A stretch of 64,000 nucleotides of DNA from Magallana gigas (Eukaryota), in the NCBI RefSeq assembly GCF_963853765.1, contig NC_088861.1, forward strand, positions 40,796,001 through 40,860,000. Direction: 5' to 3'. Both the position numbers and the translations under genes were made by a program. This document shows positions 24,215 to 34,088 of this stretch, piece after piece. Below the pieces are notes generated by a model that did no database searches, was not told where the DNA came from, and saw only the letters and a program-made list of their open reading frames with translations. Each line of letters begins with the position of its first letter. Positions within the stretch are counted from its first letter, which is position 1.

Positions 24215-24684
24215 CATGACAATTATGAAAAGATTTTTTAAATTTTATGAATCAAAATTTACCTATTCTTTCCTTATGTAACCTAAAGCACTAACGTCTT
24301 TCTATTAGATATGCATATAATGGGTATATAAGAATGAACAAGGAAATATTAAAAGTAATCTCCTGAAATGGATATCAATTTCCATTATAGCATAAAGTAT
24401 TGTGAATGTGTAATTATGTTGCACTGAGAGGACAGCTAGTGTAAATATCAGTCTCAACTAGACAACTGCATGACACTGTAATCTGCCTGGTTTCTACAGA
24501 AGTCTGCAGACTAAGGTTGTCTCACTTTGCAAGGAAGTATTACATTGTGTACCTTCTTGGTAACTATGTAGGAGATGACTCCTCCATTTTGTGTGATGGT
24601 ACTCCTGACTTCCCGTTTCTTCTTGAAGCCAACACTGGTGCTGAGGTCCAGGACGATCTGGCACCCTGCCAACACGCCCGCCAT
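1..24684 (-). CDS. PARP4: Poly(ADP-ribose) polymerase 4 / vault PARP, spliced CDS of 28 coding exons, 3' end outside the window
   Basis: Hand-spliced GT-AG exons with consistent phases total 3843 nt (1281 codons). Domain order is BRCT, PARP regulatory, PARP catalytic (LLFHAS / GIYFA..STSIKYS / DDEFVVY), VIT, VWA (DSSNSM MIDAS). This domain order is diagnostic of PARP4. Confidence 0.96.
523..589. repeat. 17-bp minisatellite (GCTATGYCATTATATGT) x~3.9
   Basis: Seen directly. Confidence 0.9.
942..1025 (-). CDS. PARP4: Candidate PARP4 exon 27, diverged tandem duplicate of exon 26
   Basis: ttgtatttcag|DEAVPDSSPAMGGVDMLYNNFYASSDNE|gttacc, open frame, phase 0 to 0. Confidence 0.55.
1140..1362 (+). 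mobile_element. 3' fragment of a Helentron/Helitron-N2-like non-autonomous repeat
   Basis: cttcatttgaacaa...tttggttgaaatt..ccagtg.ttctgaagaa...gtgaaaagtttac...ggtgagctaaaaa resembles an abundant oyster repeat as I recall it; not database-checked. Confidence 0.5.
1416..1508 (-). CDS. PARP4: PARP4 coding exon 26
   Basis: DEVVSDSAPVIKDLLTKEDVDVLTYLSWDNE, phase 0 to 0. Confidence 0.88.
1894..1995 (-). CDS. PARP4: PARP4 coding exon 25
   Basis: VKKMNLKQYVIELSKRYSIVTSLTSFVAIEKREK. Confidence 0.92.
2026..2240. mobile_element. MITE with TACTGTATAC...GTATACAGTA ends (TA-flanked, Tc1/mariner-like)
   Basis: Terminal inverted repeats; second copy at 22719-22930. Confidence 0.8.
2400..2480 (-). CDS. PARP4: PARP4 coding exon 24
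   Basis: MLHRLTAKGVIRDWEDGVLSPDRTGHE. Confidence 0.92.
2748..2828 (-). CDS. PARP4: PARP4 coding exon 23
   Basis: ATLKAKIGVQEISTIVSTSDLSVTKGK, donor GTAAGA. Confidence 0.9.
3024..3191 (-). CDS. PARP4: PARP4 coding exon 22
   Basis: VRSQLQKAAQPVLTSVSVDW...IQAPQQITALFNGSRQVVYGFVDNCYM. Confidence 0.93.
3213..6653. mobile_element. 3.4-kb TIR DNA transposon relic in the PARP4 intron between exons 21 and 22
   Basis: ATAT-GACTGCCGTCATGAGAAAAGGGCCCTTA ... TAAGGGCCCTTTTCTCGTGACGGCAGTC-ATAT (one mismatch); no intact transposase. Confidence 0.85.
6873..6972 (-). CDS. PARP4: PARP4 coding exon 21 (VWA)
   Basis: SVANRHLLKAIARVGAGSNEFYDSKFKSKWEDK, donor GTAAGT. Confidence 0.93.
7385..7572 (-). mobile_element. 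Degenerate tRNA-derived SINE
   Basis: Minus strand A-box GTGGCTCAGTGGT and B-box GGTTCAAGCC, followed by ...gacaaggcacttt core-like motif. Confidence 0.65.
7817..8004 (-). CDS. PARP4: PARP4 coding exon 20 (VWA)
   Basis: KLQANQGNTELCRPL...RNIFLFSDGYINN...HTRVFTIGI(S). Confidence 0.93.
8571..8644 (-). CDS. PARP4: PARP4 coding exon 19 (VWA)
   Basis: (A)FRELFPSSLPANKFNVQTARQHIQ. The donor GTCTGC is weak but the phase fits. Confidence 0.8.
8718..8780. repeat. (CT)n microsatellite; others at ~4923-4954 (GA), ~24159-24212, ~37699-37783, 60401-60468 (CT), ~45353-45439 (TA)
   Basis: Seen directly. Confidence 0.95.
8792..8978 (-). CDS. PARP4: PARP4 coding exon 18 (VWA, MIDAS)
   Basis: ACMLTFYPEFE...EVILMIDSSNSMKD...FNVVSFGT, phase 0 to 1. 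Confidence 0.95.
9452..9583 (-). CDS. PARP4: PARP4 coding exon 17
   Basis: RTATKAVVQMKDNQMLEDGFQLLIGLAEIHVPRMWVESDEGGSQ, donor GTGAGT. Confidence 0.93.
9806..14945 (-). mobile_element. DIRS1-like (tyrosine-recombinase retrotransposon) non-autonomous element
   Basis: Identical 127-bp ITRs (9880-10006 / 14789-14915) with non-identical outer ends. Internal complementary region 10090-10216 is the exact reverse complement of the joined ends. AATGT at both boundaries. No intact ORFs. Confidence 0.8.
14329..14572. repeat. Three degenerate ~90-110-bp units with six ACAC-(A[AG]C)-GTGT palindromes
   Basis: GAACAC AGC GTGTTC and TACAC AAC GTGTA sites at ~14329, 14373, 14437, 14473, 14526, 14560. Confidence 0.8.
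14959..15069 (-). CDS. PARP4: PARP4 coding exon 16
   Basis: DWDTVQVGNTCCSVQVYVDMPFDIRSLECPTHKVLSK, donor GTAATC. The acceptor region is repeated four times upstream. Confidence 0.85.
15004..15412. repeat. 103-bp tandem repeat x~4 containing the acceptor and first 66 nt of PARP4 exon 16
   Basis: Unit starts at 15004, 15107, 15210, 15313; AG acceptors precede 15069, 15172, 15275, 15378. Confidence 0.95.
15632..15802 (-). CDS. PARP4: PARP4 coding exon 15 (VIT)
   Basis: EVFTVSVGNLPTGAVVVIKITYVTEL...LPGSVAPW...EFKDK, 57 codons. Confidence 0.94.
16469..16693 (-). CDS. PARP4: PARP4 coding exon 14 (VIT)
   Basis: VVVLQEYHNNSDQALEAKYVFPLDEMAAVCGFEAFINGKHIVGEVKEKE...GHGAYLMDQDKETP. Confidence 0.96.
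17145..17275 (-). CDS. PARP4: PARP4 coding exon 13 (start of VIT)
   Basis: (D)ISDVHDVTNPLTKVKAGLVSNDNTPVTLLEAHIRAKVIDLAGE. Confidence 0.92.
17597..17741 (-). CDS. PARP4: PARP4 coding exon 12 (catalytic Glu)
   Basis: DDEFVVYNTDQQMLSYLVEF..., phase 0 to 1. Confidence 0.93.
18355..18538 (-). CDS. PARP4: PARP4 coding exon 11 (catalytic domain)
   Basis: (S)TSIKYSKPSK...MLVSQVALG...PPSGYHSVHGV...SDFQ, donor GTGAGT. Confidence 0.95.
18800..18898 (-). CDS. PARP4: PARP4 coding exon 10 (catalytic domain)
   Basis: GLLMPKVVVDDYGGKRTDPGMLGHGIYFASSA, phase 2 to 2. Confidence 0.95.
18994..19128 (-). CDS. PARP4: PARP4 coding exon 9 (catalytic His)
   Basis: GEEMRIQNVYAIHRPSE...RLLFHASNAENFVGILS(R), phase 2 to 2. 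Confidence 0.93.
19411..19559 (-). CDS. PARP4: PARP4 coding exon 8
   Basis: LIKDVVSVSEATNWSTRGNAEAQYKALRCQISHV..., donor GTGAGT, phase 0 to 2. Confidence 0.9.
20127..20294 (-). CDS. PARP4: PARP4 coding exon 7 (regulatory domain)
   Basis: VEKATAILTQM...FDEFYTALPH...WLARKLDLCQ, donor GTATGA. Confidence 0.92.
20597..20734 (-). CDS. PARP4: PARP4 coding exon 6 (regulatory domain)
   Basis: LILEYGMEETELSAPVAELTQHIWREAGGEIEQVLSSPLQSIKLDQ, donor GTGAGC. Confidence 0.9.
20905..21069 (-). CDS. PARP4: PARP4 coding exon 5
   Basis: NKAECGSKEFRFVQTSEEALCVYSALYKQM...NIGTKQLQK, 55 codons. Confidence 0.85.
21346..21486 (-). CDS. PARP4: PARP4 coding exon 4
   Basis: IGDKKTHTTQFGVLEICAF...RFCVCSHRGSVEDLQ, donor GTGAGA, 47 codons. 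Confidence 0.8.
22002..22150 (-). CDS. PARP4: PARP4 coding exon 3
   Basis: (A)EKSELKPKG...PPFDDESDVAKFAMFQ, AG/GT bounded, phase 1 to 0. Confidence 0.85.
22269..22490. mobile_element. MITE with TACTGTGGAATCATT...AATGATTCCACAGTA ends
   Basis: 15-bp terminal inverted repeats; related element at 58476-58680. Confidence 0.75.
22719..22930. mobile_element. MITE, same family as 2026-2240
   Basis: Same ends and alignable interior. Confidence 0.8.
23547..23745 (-). CDS. PARP4: PARP4 coding exon 2 (BRCT C-half)
   Basis: RTHVVLNDAEK...IPVVSLDFIFDCISQGKLLDTDNY..., donor GTAAGT, phase 0 to 1. Confidence 0.9.
24553..24684 (-). CDS. PARP4: PARP4 coding exon 1 (start, BRCT N-half)
   Basis: MAGVLAGCQIVLDLSTSVGFKKKREVRSTITQNGGVISYIVTKK, donor GTACAC, phase 0. 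Confidence 0.9.
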
Positions 24685-25558
24685 ATTGTCTACACAGCTA
24701 TAGCACAAGTGTCAATCTGTAGCATAAAACAGTTTCAATATACATGAAATTAATACTGTAACAGTAACTATATATGTCCCAAGTTTCCGCTTCCACCACT
24801 TTTTGCTTAATAATATTTTGATAATTGTAAATACCTTTGTGTCCATGCAAGCTATGTTCATCTACTAAAATGAAAAAAGTCCAGATTTTCTGTTTTTAAA
24901 ATGCTCGGCTCTCTACCAGTTTGTTTTCAAAACACAACCAAATATAGAAAGTCTATGGGGATTTTGCAATTATATTTAAATAAAGAGTGCTATTGTTCTG
25001 AATACACAACTGTTGTGTAGGTTACTTTGCGGTGGTAAAAGTTTTCGAGACAAAGCCAAAGTTTTTTGGTAAGGGCAAGTCCATGCGGGTTGCATTTAAC
25101 AATGATGACACATGTGTGGTTCCTTCTGCGCTCGCCCCAACAGTCACACCGTAAAACATATTATTCCTTATTTGGAGTTCAAATTTTAATAAAAATCTTT
25201 GGTTTTAGATATATATAATATAAACAACATCACACTGTTGATTTGATCTCGTCCCTGGTATCAGCCCTCGCATGGTATCGGTCCATGGGCAGATACCAAC
25301 TACTCAGGCCGATACCAGGGTCGATATCATGTAGAAAGAATAATCTTACCGTGACCAGGCTATGGGTCCGTAGGACATCTGTCATCTTAATGATAGAACA
25401 TTCTATCTAGATATCATGGACATCAAAACAACAGTGTGATATTCTGTACGTACATGTAGGTTATATCCATAACATCACCACGTAGTTGTTTGTGAAATGA
25501 TAAGTTTTATTTTAAAAAAGTAGTGTTTATGAAAATTTCTACAACAATTCAGACTTAC

Positions 25559-25830
25559 CCTACAGAAAACTCAGCGAATGACAAGTTGACATTTTAGTGA
25601 AGTTCATGATGAACAGTCGTGCATAATGATTATTTTCAGCAATTTCCTCATGGTGGACTCTGTTCGGAAGTTCGTGCTGTCATCATTTATGTACACTGTA
25701 TTAATATTGGACTTAATTATTTAGTTTTATCATTATACTTAAAAGTCAGTGTACAGGTCTAATAATTGATGCATTGTTCAACTTTCTTCAATCCATCGTC
25801 CCATGCAGTCGCTGCAAGAAACACCGGAAC
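25559..25830 (-). other. PARP4: Probable non-coding first exon of PARP4 (5' boundary uncertain)
   Basis: Strong donor AGG|GTAAGT at 25559/25558. Acceptor tacag lies ~30 nt upstream of the ATG exon. The transcription start cannot be determined. Confidence 0.45.
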
Positions 25831-25845
25831 TCCTCGTCGTTTTTA

Positions 25846-25857
25846 GAAAGTGAAAGT
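25846..25857. promoter_or_regulatory. IRF-binding element (ISRE/IRF-E-like) GAAAGTGAAAGT
   Basis: Exact GAAA-GT-GAAA-GT tandem in the putative PARP4 promoter. Confidence 0.5.
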
Positions 25858-26698
25858 AGAAAAGTTTCCAGGTCGTAGGTGTCACTACAGTATTAAATTT
25901 TATTATATATTCTTACCAAAATTGCACAACTTTACATACAGATTAAAAATTCAAAACGAACTTCTGGAAAAAATCCTCTTGACATCTTTTTGAACAACGC
26001 TTCATTTACAATTTTCTAGCAAAATACACACGTGCATCCAGCAAGGCGTGAGACTTTGTTTACCTCGAAGTTACACATGTGCTTGAAAATCAAGCCCGGG
26101 CCTTTTCATCCCCCTCCGGAAACAACACGCATCAAAAATTCAAATGACCTCGCATTATTACAAAAATGGGATAGTTAGACCTCTTACACATTGTTTTTCA
26201 TCTCATAAAAAAAATCAGCTCCTGTCGCGTGCGCAAACGCCCCGAATTCAAAGGAAAATTTGGGAATTATTTTGGCTCAGCTGAACCTTCAGTGAAATAC
26301 TGTTATGACACCTGCAGCAGCTAGCCTAGCCGCTAGGTCGTAGATATCTAGGTCTATAGAACGGACCGCTAGGTCTCAGATTTGAAGTTGGAAATATTCA
26401 ACTAAAGAATAATTTCATCGACCTAAGATTTTTAATTTCAAGTGGAAATATACATGTTAAAATTCATTTTATAACTGAAAGGATGAACAAAATAATATTC
26501 ATATATATATATAATAAGTTCATATATATTTAGTTATTTTATAACGTTGGTGGAAGTGGGTTCTATTCATTCAAATTAGTATTATTGTGCACTATTGCAA
26601 CTGAACATCAATATTATATTTAACGTTACAACAATCCTCAAGCAAACTGATATATATATATATTGTGCTATGTAATAATTCAGCATTCCTTTTAACAG

Positions 26699-26811
26699 TG
26701 ATCGAAACTACAACAACTACAACAGAGAGACCAGGAATAAATTTGGCTCTGTTGTTGGGAGCCTCGGTACTTCCTTTACTGCTTCTTGTACCAGCCGGTC
26801 TCGTGGGCTGA
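26699..26811 (+). pseudogene. Orphan terminal exon of the EGF-family gene
   Basis: ttttaacag|(V)IETTTTTTERPGINLALLLGASVLPLLLLVPAGLVG*; 15-nt deletion vs 46591-46718; no upstream EGF exons. Confidence 0.75.
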
Positions 26812-28125
26812 CACAGTGCACTGTTGTATGAAGCCCATTGATAATGGCATGTCTTGAAATAAAAAAAAATTGCATTCTTAGAGTTCATATAATTATAAAT
26901 TGCGTCAAACGTGAAACAAAGTAAGTTAATGAGAAATAGAAAGTTCTACTTTTGAAATGCACCAGATCGGTTTAAAAATCTATATAACTGTCGACAAATA
27001 CACCCCTGCGAATGTGTTCGGAATGTTTTCCTTATCGTTGCTTAGTATGTAATAAATCCAGAGGTGCTCGAATGAAAGCTCTCGAGACTTCCCCGAGATT
27101 TGTTCAGTTCCTGTGAAATTTTGAGCGGAAGTATAAGTGTTCGGAAAATATTCTTAAAATATAAACATTGGGTTGCTTTTAATAATAAAATCATAGCCAT
27201 GTTTGATGCTTATGTGTGCATTACCATGCTTTTCAAAAAATAAAAGAATGTCTGTTTTGAATTAAAACATAGTTTATCGAGCCAATTTCAAGGAACATCC
27301 TTCATAAAATAGTATAGTCTGTTTCACTACTGATGCTATGACTCGGTCAGGCGCGGATTGAAAATTAATCCGGGGGGGGGGGGGGGGGGTCGCTTCTAAG
27401 CATGTTAATTGTTGCAAGATGATAAAAACCTATTTCTATTGTCCCATTTCTTTCTAGAACTCATTGTACAGCGTATCCACCAATAAATGGATATAAAGTT
27501 TAGAATAAAAAAAAGTCTAGATTTTATATTTGACTGCAAGTACATGTAACTAGATTCTAGGAAATAGAAACTGAAAGGGTCAAGTAAAACCACGTGGTCT
27601 AAATTTAAATGACAAAAACATTCGCAGGGGTGAAATATTTCAACCGAAAAAACTGTTGTACTGGTCTAAATATTCTGGGTATGCCTTTACTATAAGTTTA
27701 CCATAAATCTTGAGCAATCTACTATTTTAGTCAAATATAACTTTAAAAAAAAATTTTAATATATGGCCTATAAGGGACAATAAGTGAGGAATTGCGTTTT
27801 TTTTTATAAGACAATTGTTGTCTTTTATTGCTGCATTCATGTATTTTTACATCACAACTTACACTTTCTTAGTATTGGTGTTTCAAAAGCATTTATATAT
27901 ATTAAACATAAAATACTTTTTAAAAACCTGACCATTTTAAATAACATATTTCTAGTAAACCCATAAACACCTGGTTGTCAATGTTAATAGCAAACATATT
28001 TAAATCATATTTAAAAAAATTAAAAGAATAAAAAAAGACCTGACCATGGTAAGTAACATAGTAATCCACAACCACGTGATAAAACAACCTTCAAGTTACA
28101 AACTATTTAGCTTTACACATCTTTA

Positions 28126-29695
28126 GGCCAAAAAAAATTAATGATTTGTTTCTCAGGCACCGCCGCATCAGTAAAATTATCGCCGCATCAAACTTTTTTA
28201 TCGCTATTTTTCCGGATTTTTCATATCTTGTCATTATCGGTTTTCTCTATTATGGAATCAATGTAAACAAATGCTCAGAACAAATGCTTGTTTCCGTCAG
28301 TGAAAACGTTATTTTATTTGACACATCTACCCAGCGACAAACCTAGGGGGCTACTTGGGCTAAATACAAGTTTATGTAAATATAAGTACGTGCTTTGTGG
28401 TCGGTAACTTCGCCAGAATTTCCTCAGAAAGTGAGGTTGAAGTTGCCCTGTATTCTGATTTCACGATCGTGAAAATTAACCCCAAATGCAATTAAATGAT
28501 AATTATCTAATTCAAAAGACATTTTCATAGCCTAAGATAACCTCTATTATGATTAATAACTACCGACTGTCTTATCTTTAGAGGTTATAAATACGGTTGA
28601 TGCAACCACTTACTGTGCACTGAAAATTACAACCGATGTTTATAACTTTAGGTGCTGATATTATTATTAGTTGGTAACTTGTAATTAGTTAATAACTTTG
28701 CCAAGTTAACGCTAAAATAATCATAAAACCGTTTGTCTACAGTTATCTTTAAAATTAAAAAGATCCAACTATATGACGGTTGTAATTGGGTCAAAGGGTT
28801 GGACTAATACCTCCAAAATACACTGAACACACATAGTCTGGTTTATTTGTCATTTAGCCAACACAATTACGAAACATTTCATCTATAAAATGTATGAATA
28901 CACCTAATAAATTAGATTTAAAAAATTGGATAAGATTTTAATTTTTTTTTTAATTGACTTGGTTCTAATCCAATTTAAATTAAGGTTGAATCTGTGTACA
29001 TGCATGTATTATCATTAGCATTATGCCATTATCAAAGAATGGAAGTCTACCTGATTTCTCAAACTTCTCCTTATCTTTCTGTGATGGAAAATTTCAGAAG
29101 TGAAGTCTCCCTAAACTAAATTTGCCCTATGTTGGTCCCTGTTAACACTACCACTGAAATTTCTCTGTTATCTTCAGAAATTGAAGCCTCTGTGATATTG
29201 CCTAGTAGCAGGAATAAAGGACAATTCTATTGTTTGAGAATTTTTTGATGACTTATTTACTTTTCCTTGATTTCTGTCCTTAAGGCAATGAAGATTAATA
29301 AGAATGCTTTATTTGATAAATTTTTATATGGCAAATTCAACTAGTGAAATGCCATAAGAAGTCCCCTATTTCAGTTCAGACTTGTGTTATTCTTGTTGAG
29401 GGGAAAGATGGGCTGCAAAATGAAGCAGGGGCACAAACCATTTGTCATTTTTTGTTCATCTGCAAAAACTTAACCTTTGAAAAGGAAACAGAGACAGTTT
29501 AAACTAAAAAGAACAAATTAAAAGAAATATTTAAACTTAGCCAATGTATCCGCTTGATGAATAAATCATAAAATATGGGTTACCGTCACTGTAAATTTTG
29601 TCCTTTAAAAAAAAAAAAAAAAAAAAAAAACCTGCCTGCCTCATCAATATTTCAAAATTTTGGCCCGAGAAACTAATGATTAATTTTTTTTGGCC
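28126..29695. mobile_element. 1570-bp non-autonomous DNA transposon, GGCC termini, TTA target duplication (Zator- or PIF/Harbinger-like)
   Basis: TTA|GGCCAAAAAAAATTAATGATT..GTTTCTC ... GAGAAAC..ATGATTAATTTTTTTTGGCC|TTA; empty site at ~48197-48200 in copy 2. Confidence 0.85.
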
Positions 29696-32056
29696 TTACA
29701 ATACAGTATGCATACTAGAATCCAGAGAGTATTTCAATTGCTTTTTTAGTTAGGGTACATTCGTTTCTTATGCATGTATCTATAAACAAATCTTTTCAAA
29801 AACTGATCTTTATTATAGATAAAGGATGTTTATTTGTGTACGATCACTAAAGTAAACCCTTTAAAACTTGATCTTCCATTGTTCAAGATCTATTTAATAT
29901 TTTTACCTTCTCATAAAAAGGGTTCTATGAACGAATACAATTTTTTTTATGCAATTATGTTAAAAAAAAATGTTAGCAAAGGAATCAACGAAATCTTCCT
30001 TTTTGTAAAAGACAACGTCTTCTTTATTTTTGCTGCAGAAATGAATGTAAACAGAACTTTAAGTGTAATGCGTACAGAGCTTGCAGCCAGATAATTAACA
30101 TAAACATGCTTATACGTGAATTGACAGGATTATAATCGATTACATGTATATGATTAATACATAGTGTTTTATCATTTCTTTATTCGTGCGATAACATCCT
30201 TTTGCCCAGTGAACCCCCCAAAAATGATGTTAAAACAACCAGTCAATAGAAGAACCGATCTCTCAGCAATTCATTTTTACAAATAGCTTATAAACAATTG
30301 ATTTTTATATTTCTTGTTCTGCAACTATTGTAAGACGTACAAATACGGCCAAACATTTTACCACATTGTTTAAGATTGGAAGGAGTCAGATGATGAAACA
30401 GAAGGGTACTGAATAACACAGTCAAAGCAATCACACATTAGAAAGGTTCAAATAATTAATACTTAATTACAGCTAACCAAGATTAAATAAAGATATTGCA
30501 CCATTTCTCTTTTTGGAAATTACACGGAAAAAATAGTTGCTAGTTGATATTAAAAGCACAATGTTAAAGTACATTGGTATAATATGGACAAATGCTTTTA
30601 ACCCTACTTCTAATGTTGATCTTTAAAAGAAATCGTGATCCCAAAAACTAAATTATCTCCGCTCTTCTCGAATTCCATTTTCTGATTTTGCAACTTTTAA
30701 AGCTGCTGCAGGAATATAATTGCGGTTCAGGATAGCATTTGTACCATGTTGACTATGTCCAGGAAATGAAGATAGCTTTTGAAATGGCATAGGAAATATA
30801 ACGAACACTAGCACCAGAAAAAAGTGTATGTTTCATCATTTTTGGTGAAGATTTTATTTTCAACCATTAAGTAAATAAATATGTTCGTTTAACCTGCATA
30901 AGTACGGCGACCGTGTTTTCATTCTCTTTATTGGCTGTCTGCATCAACGGGCTTCGTGACTCTCATCTGCCAGAAGATTAATGATAACTACGTAATCTAG
31001 TGCGATTGGTGCGTACAGACTCAAATAACATTTAGCTGCTTGATGCCCTCGATACCTGGCGTTTTCCTATTGGCTTGTTTTAATACATCAGGCGGTAGAT
31101 GTCTGACGCTCGGAGACGGAACACTGATCGTATTGGATGCCTGGGTGGGCAGCATGTACCTACACCAGGAGCCGTGTACCTACCAGGAGCCATGTATCGG
31201 TGTCCTTATAACTTAAAACATATTTATATACGTAGTGAATCAATGTATGTAGCGACCAATATTAACTCAGGTACCTAATATTTAATAAGAAAGTTATTAA
31301 TAAGCATTTCAATGTTTCATATACACTTCTGATCGACCACGGGCCAAAATATGTCTACAAGCTCACATTGTTTCTTATTATGTTTACATTTTCAAAGTCT
31401 TTTTGATTAAACTTTTAATCAAATTTGATAAATGGCTGATAATGGACCACTTTAAAACATTTACTTGATTGTTTTGCGTCCCCTTTATGATGTAAATACA
31501 TGTAGTGTGCACAACGCGAGAAAATGATACGTCACATGTACCTCGGAGCAACAAGCATGGTTTCCATCATTAAAATCTGTAAAATTATATTCAAGCGTGA
31601 TTGAATTCATTGTATTCATCTTACCAACTTAATATTGTATCAAAATGACACTTATATAATAAATCATATCAATGTCAAAGTTTACGATTTGTACCATACG
31701 TTATCTTATTTTCAAATGTACATACCGTATGATGAATGCCTTAACATAAAAATATAAATACCGAAATATGCATGTCAGTGCGTAGAGTTTATTCTGCATG
31801 TTAGTGTAATATGCTGTAAATGAAAAGGGATCTCACCTAGTGATACATGTACGGTAAAACAGTCTACATAATATTTTTTTTACACACTGCAATCACTGTC
31901 ATGTTCATCAAAAATTGCTATGGAGTAATCTGTGTTACATCACCCAAGTACAGTGCAGTAAATAAAGGACAATAGTAGAACATCACATCATTCATTACAA
32001 ATTACGTGTTCATGTATATTTAATAATTACAAATTACTTGTACATGTATATGTACT

Positions 32057-34088
32057 GATTTGTTAACTAATGAATATTTCATTGAGTTTAAAGATTATCT
32101 TGTTCCAATTATACTAAGATTATTCAATAGAAAATTGTCTTCTGGTTTTTCCCCTAATATGTGGGCACAGTGTATTATAATACCAGTTTTTAAAAAGGAT
32201 GATGCATTAGACCCCACTAATTATAGAGGCATTAGTCTTGTCAGTTGCTTTTGTAAATTATTTACATCTATTTTGAATCAAAGATTGTTAACATGGTCTG
32301 ACGCAAATGATGTAATCACTGATGCACAGTTTGGATTTCAACCCAAACGAGGTACAGCTGAGGCTATATTTAGCCTTTCAAATATTATTAATATGTCAAT
32401 AAGAAAGTAAAAAAGGATTGTATTGTTATTTTGTTGACTTTAAGAAAGCATTTGACACTGTTGAAAGATTGAAATTATGGGAAAAATTGTCTAACGTTGG
32501 TATTAGAGGAACATTGTTGAATTTCATTCGTAGTATGTATAATAATATGAAATCATGTGTTAATTCAGCAGGAAAGTTATCTGAGTTTTTTAAAAATAAC
32601 AAAGGACTTTTGCATGGAGAAGTGCTAACTCCAATATTGTTTTCATTATATGTGAATGATTTTGAAATGAAATTTTTGTGTAAAGGTAACATACCAATAC
32701 AAATTCAAGAGTTAAATCTTTTTGTTTAAATGTACGCAGAGGACATGGTAATTTTCTCCGAAACTGCACATGAGCTTCAAGAAATGTTAGATACATTGTA
32801 TTCTTACACATCTGTCTGGGATCTTACTGTAAATGTACAAAAAACCAAAATTGTCATTTTTAGAAATGGTGGTAAAATTCACAATAATGAAAGGTGGCAT
32901 TTAAATGGCGAGCCAATTGAGGTTGTCGATAGCTTTACATATCTGGGCCTTTTGTTACAATATAATGGAAAGTTTAACAATACACAGAAACAGTTGGTGA
33001 GCCAAGGGAGAAAAGCCATGTTTTCTTTAAAGTAAAAAACAAGTCAATTGTATCTGAACACTGAAACAATGCTGTCAATTTTTGATACTTATATTGCTAG
33101 TATATTAAATTATGGCTGTGAGATATGGGGCATGCATGCTGCAAATGATATAGAAAAAGTGCATTTAGAATATATTAAATTTGTGTTAAGTGTGAAGAGA
33201 AATACAAACACTGCAATTGTATATTTTGAAACTGGGAGGCTACCTATGAAAACTATACGAATGTTTAGAATATTCAAATTTTGGTTCAAATTGTTACAAA
33301 GTCAGAATTGTATTTTGCAGTCCTGTTACAAAATGCTGTATGATGACTGTGAATCGCCTTTGGCACCTGCTGAAAATTGGGTTACTGTAATTAAAAATAA
33401 ACTTTTTGAAATAGGTTTAGGACATATATGGTATGAACAGGAGTATATACATTGTGCAACCTATTTTCCTTTAATTAAGCAAAGAATCATTGATCACTTT
33501 ACTCAACATCTTGTAGAACAGATTAATTCCTTCATCTCGATGTTATTTTTACAAGCATATTATTGACCAGTTTTCATTACAATATTATTTAACAAAATCA
33601 ATACCTTCTACATATAAGAAACACATTACAAGAATTAGATTGTCATCTCATAGACTTGCAATTGAAAGTGGACGACACACTAATGTACCAAAAGAAAGAC
33701 ACTTATGTAAATTTTGTTCAGATATTGAAGATGAATTCCATTTTGTTTTGAAATGTCAGCAGTATAGAGAAATCCGAGTAAAATATATTAAGAAATATTA
33801 TTGGAAAAAACTTCTGTATACAAATTTATACAATCATTCAGTGTTCAAAATTTTAAAGAACTGTGTAATTTGGGGAAGTAATTCAAATTAGCATTCAATA
33901 ATCATGATAATTAAGAAAAATTCTCTGGTTTTTTCGCCTGTTAGCAAAATTTTATTTTATATATATTGTTAATGTACTTTACATGTACATGTACCATACC
34001 ATTATTTCAATATTGCTATTAATAATATGTAATAACCTATGCCATCAGATGTATGTCTTGTGCAAATAAAGAATGAATGAATGAATGA
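32057..34088 (+). mobile_element. 5'-truncated, inactivated non-LTR retrotransposon (RT + C-terminal Cys/His motif), copy 1
   Basis: PTNYRGISL, QFGF, FVDFKKAFD, GLLHGEVLTPILF, YAED (YADD), YLG, YGCEIWG, CKFC..EDEFHFVLKC; stops and frameshifts; AATAAA + (GAAT)n tail. Clade (RTEX/CR1 group) unresolved. Confidence 0.92.

Noticed and set aside
25859-25869. NF-kB site GAAAAGTTTCC next to the IRF element
   Set aside because: Lacks the GGG half-site; too weak to call.
32408-33035. In-frame TAA stops in both LINE copies as readthrough or a variant genetic code
   Set aside because: The same element has frameshifts and a 5' truncation, and PARP4 uses the standard code; this is ordinary decay before duplication.
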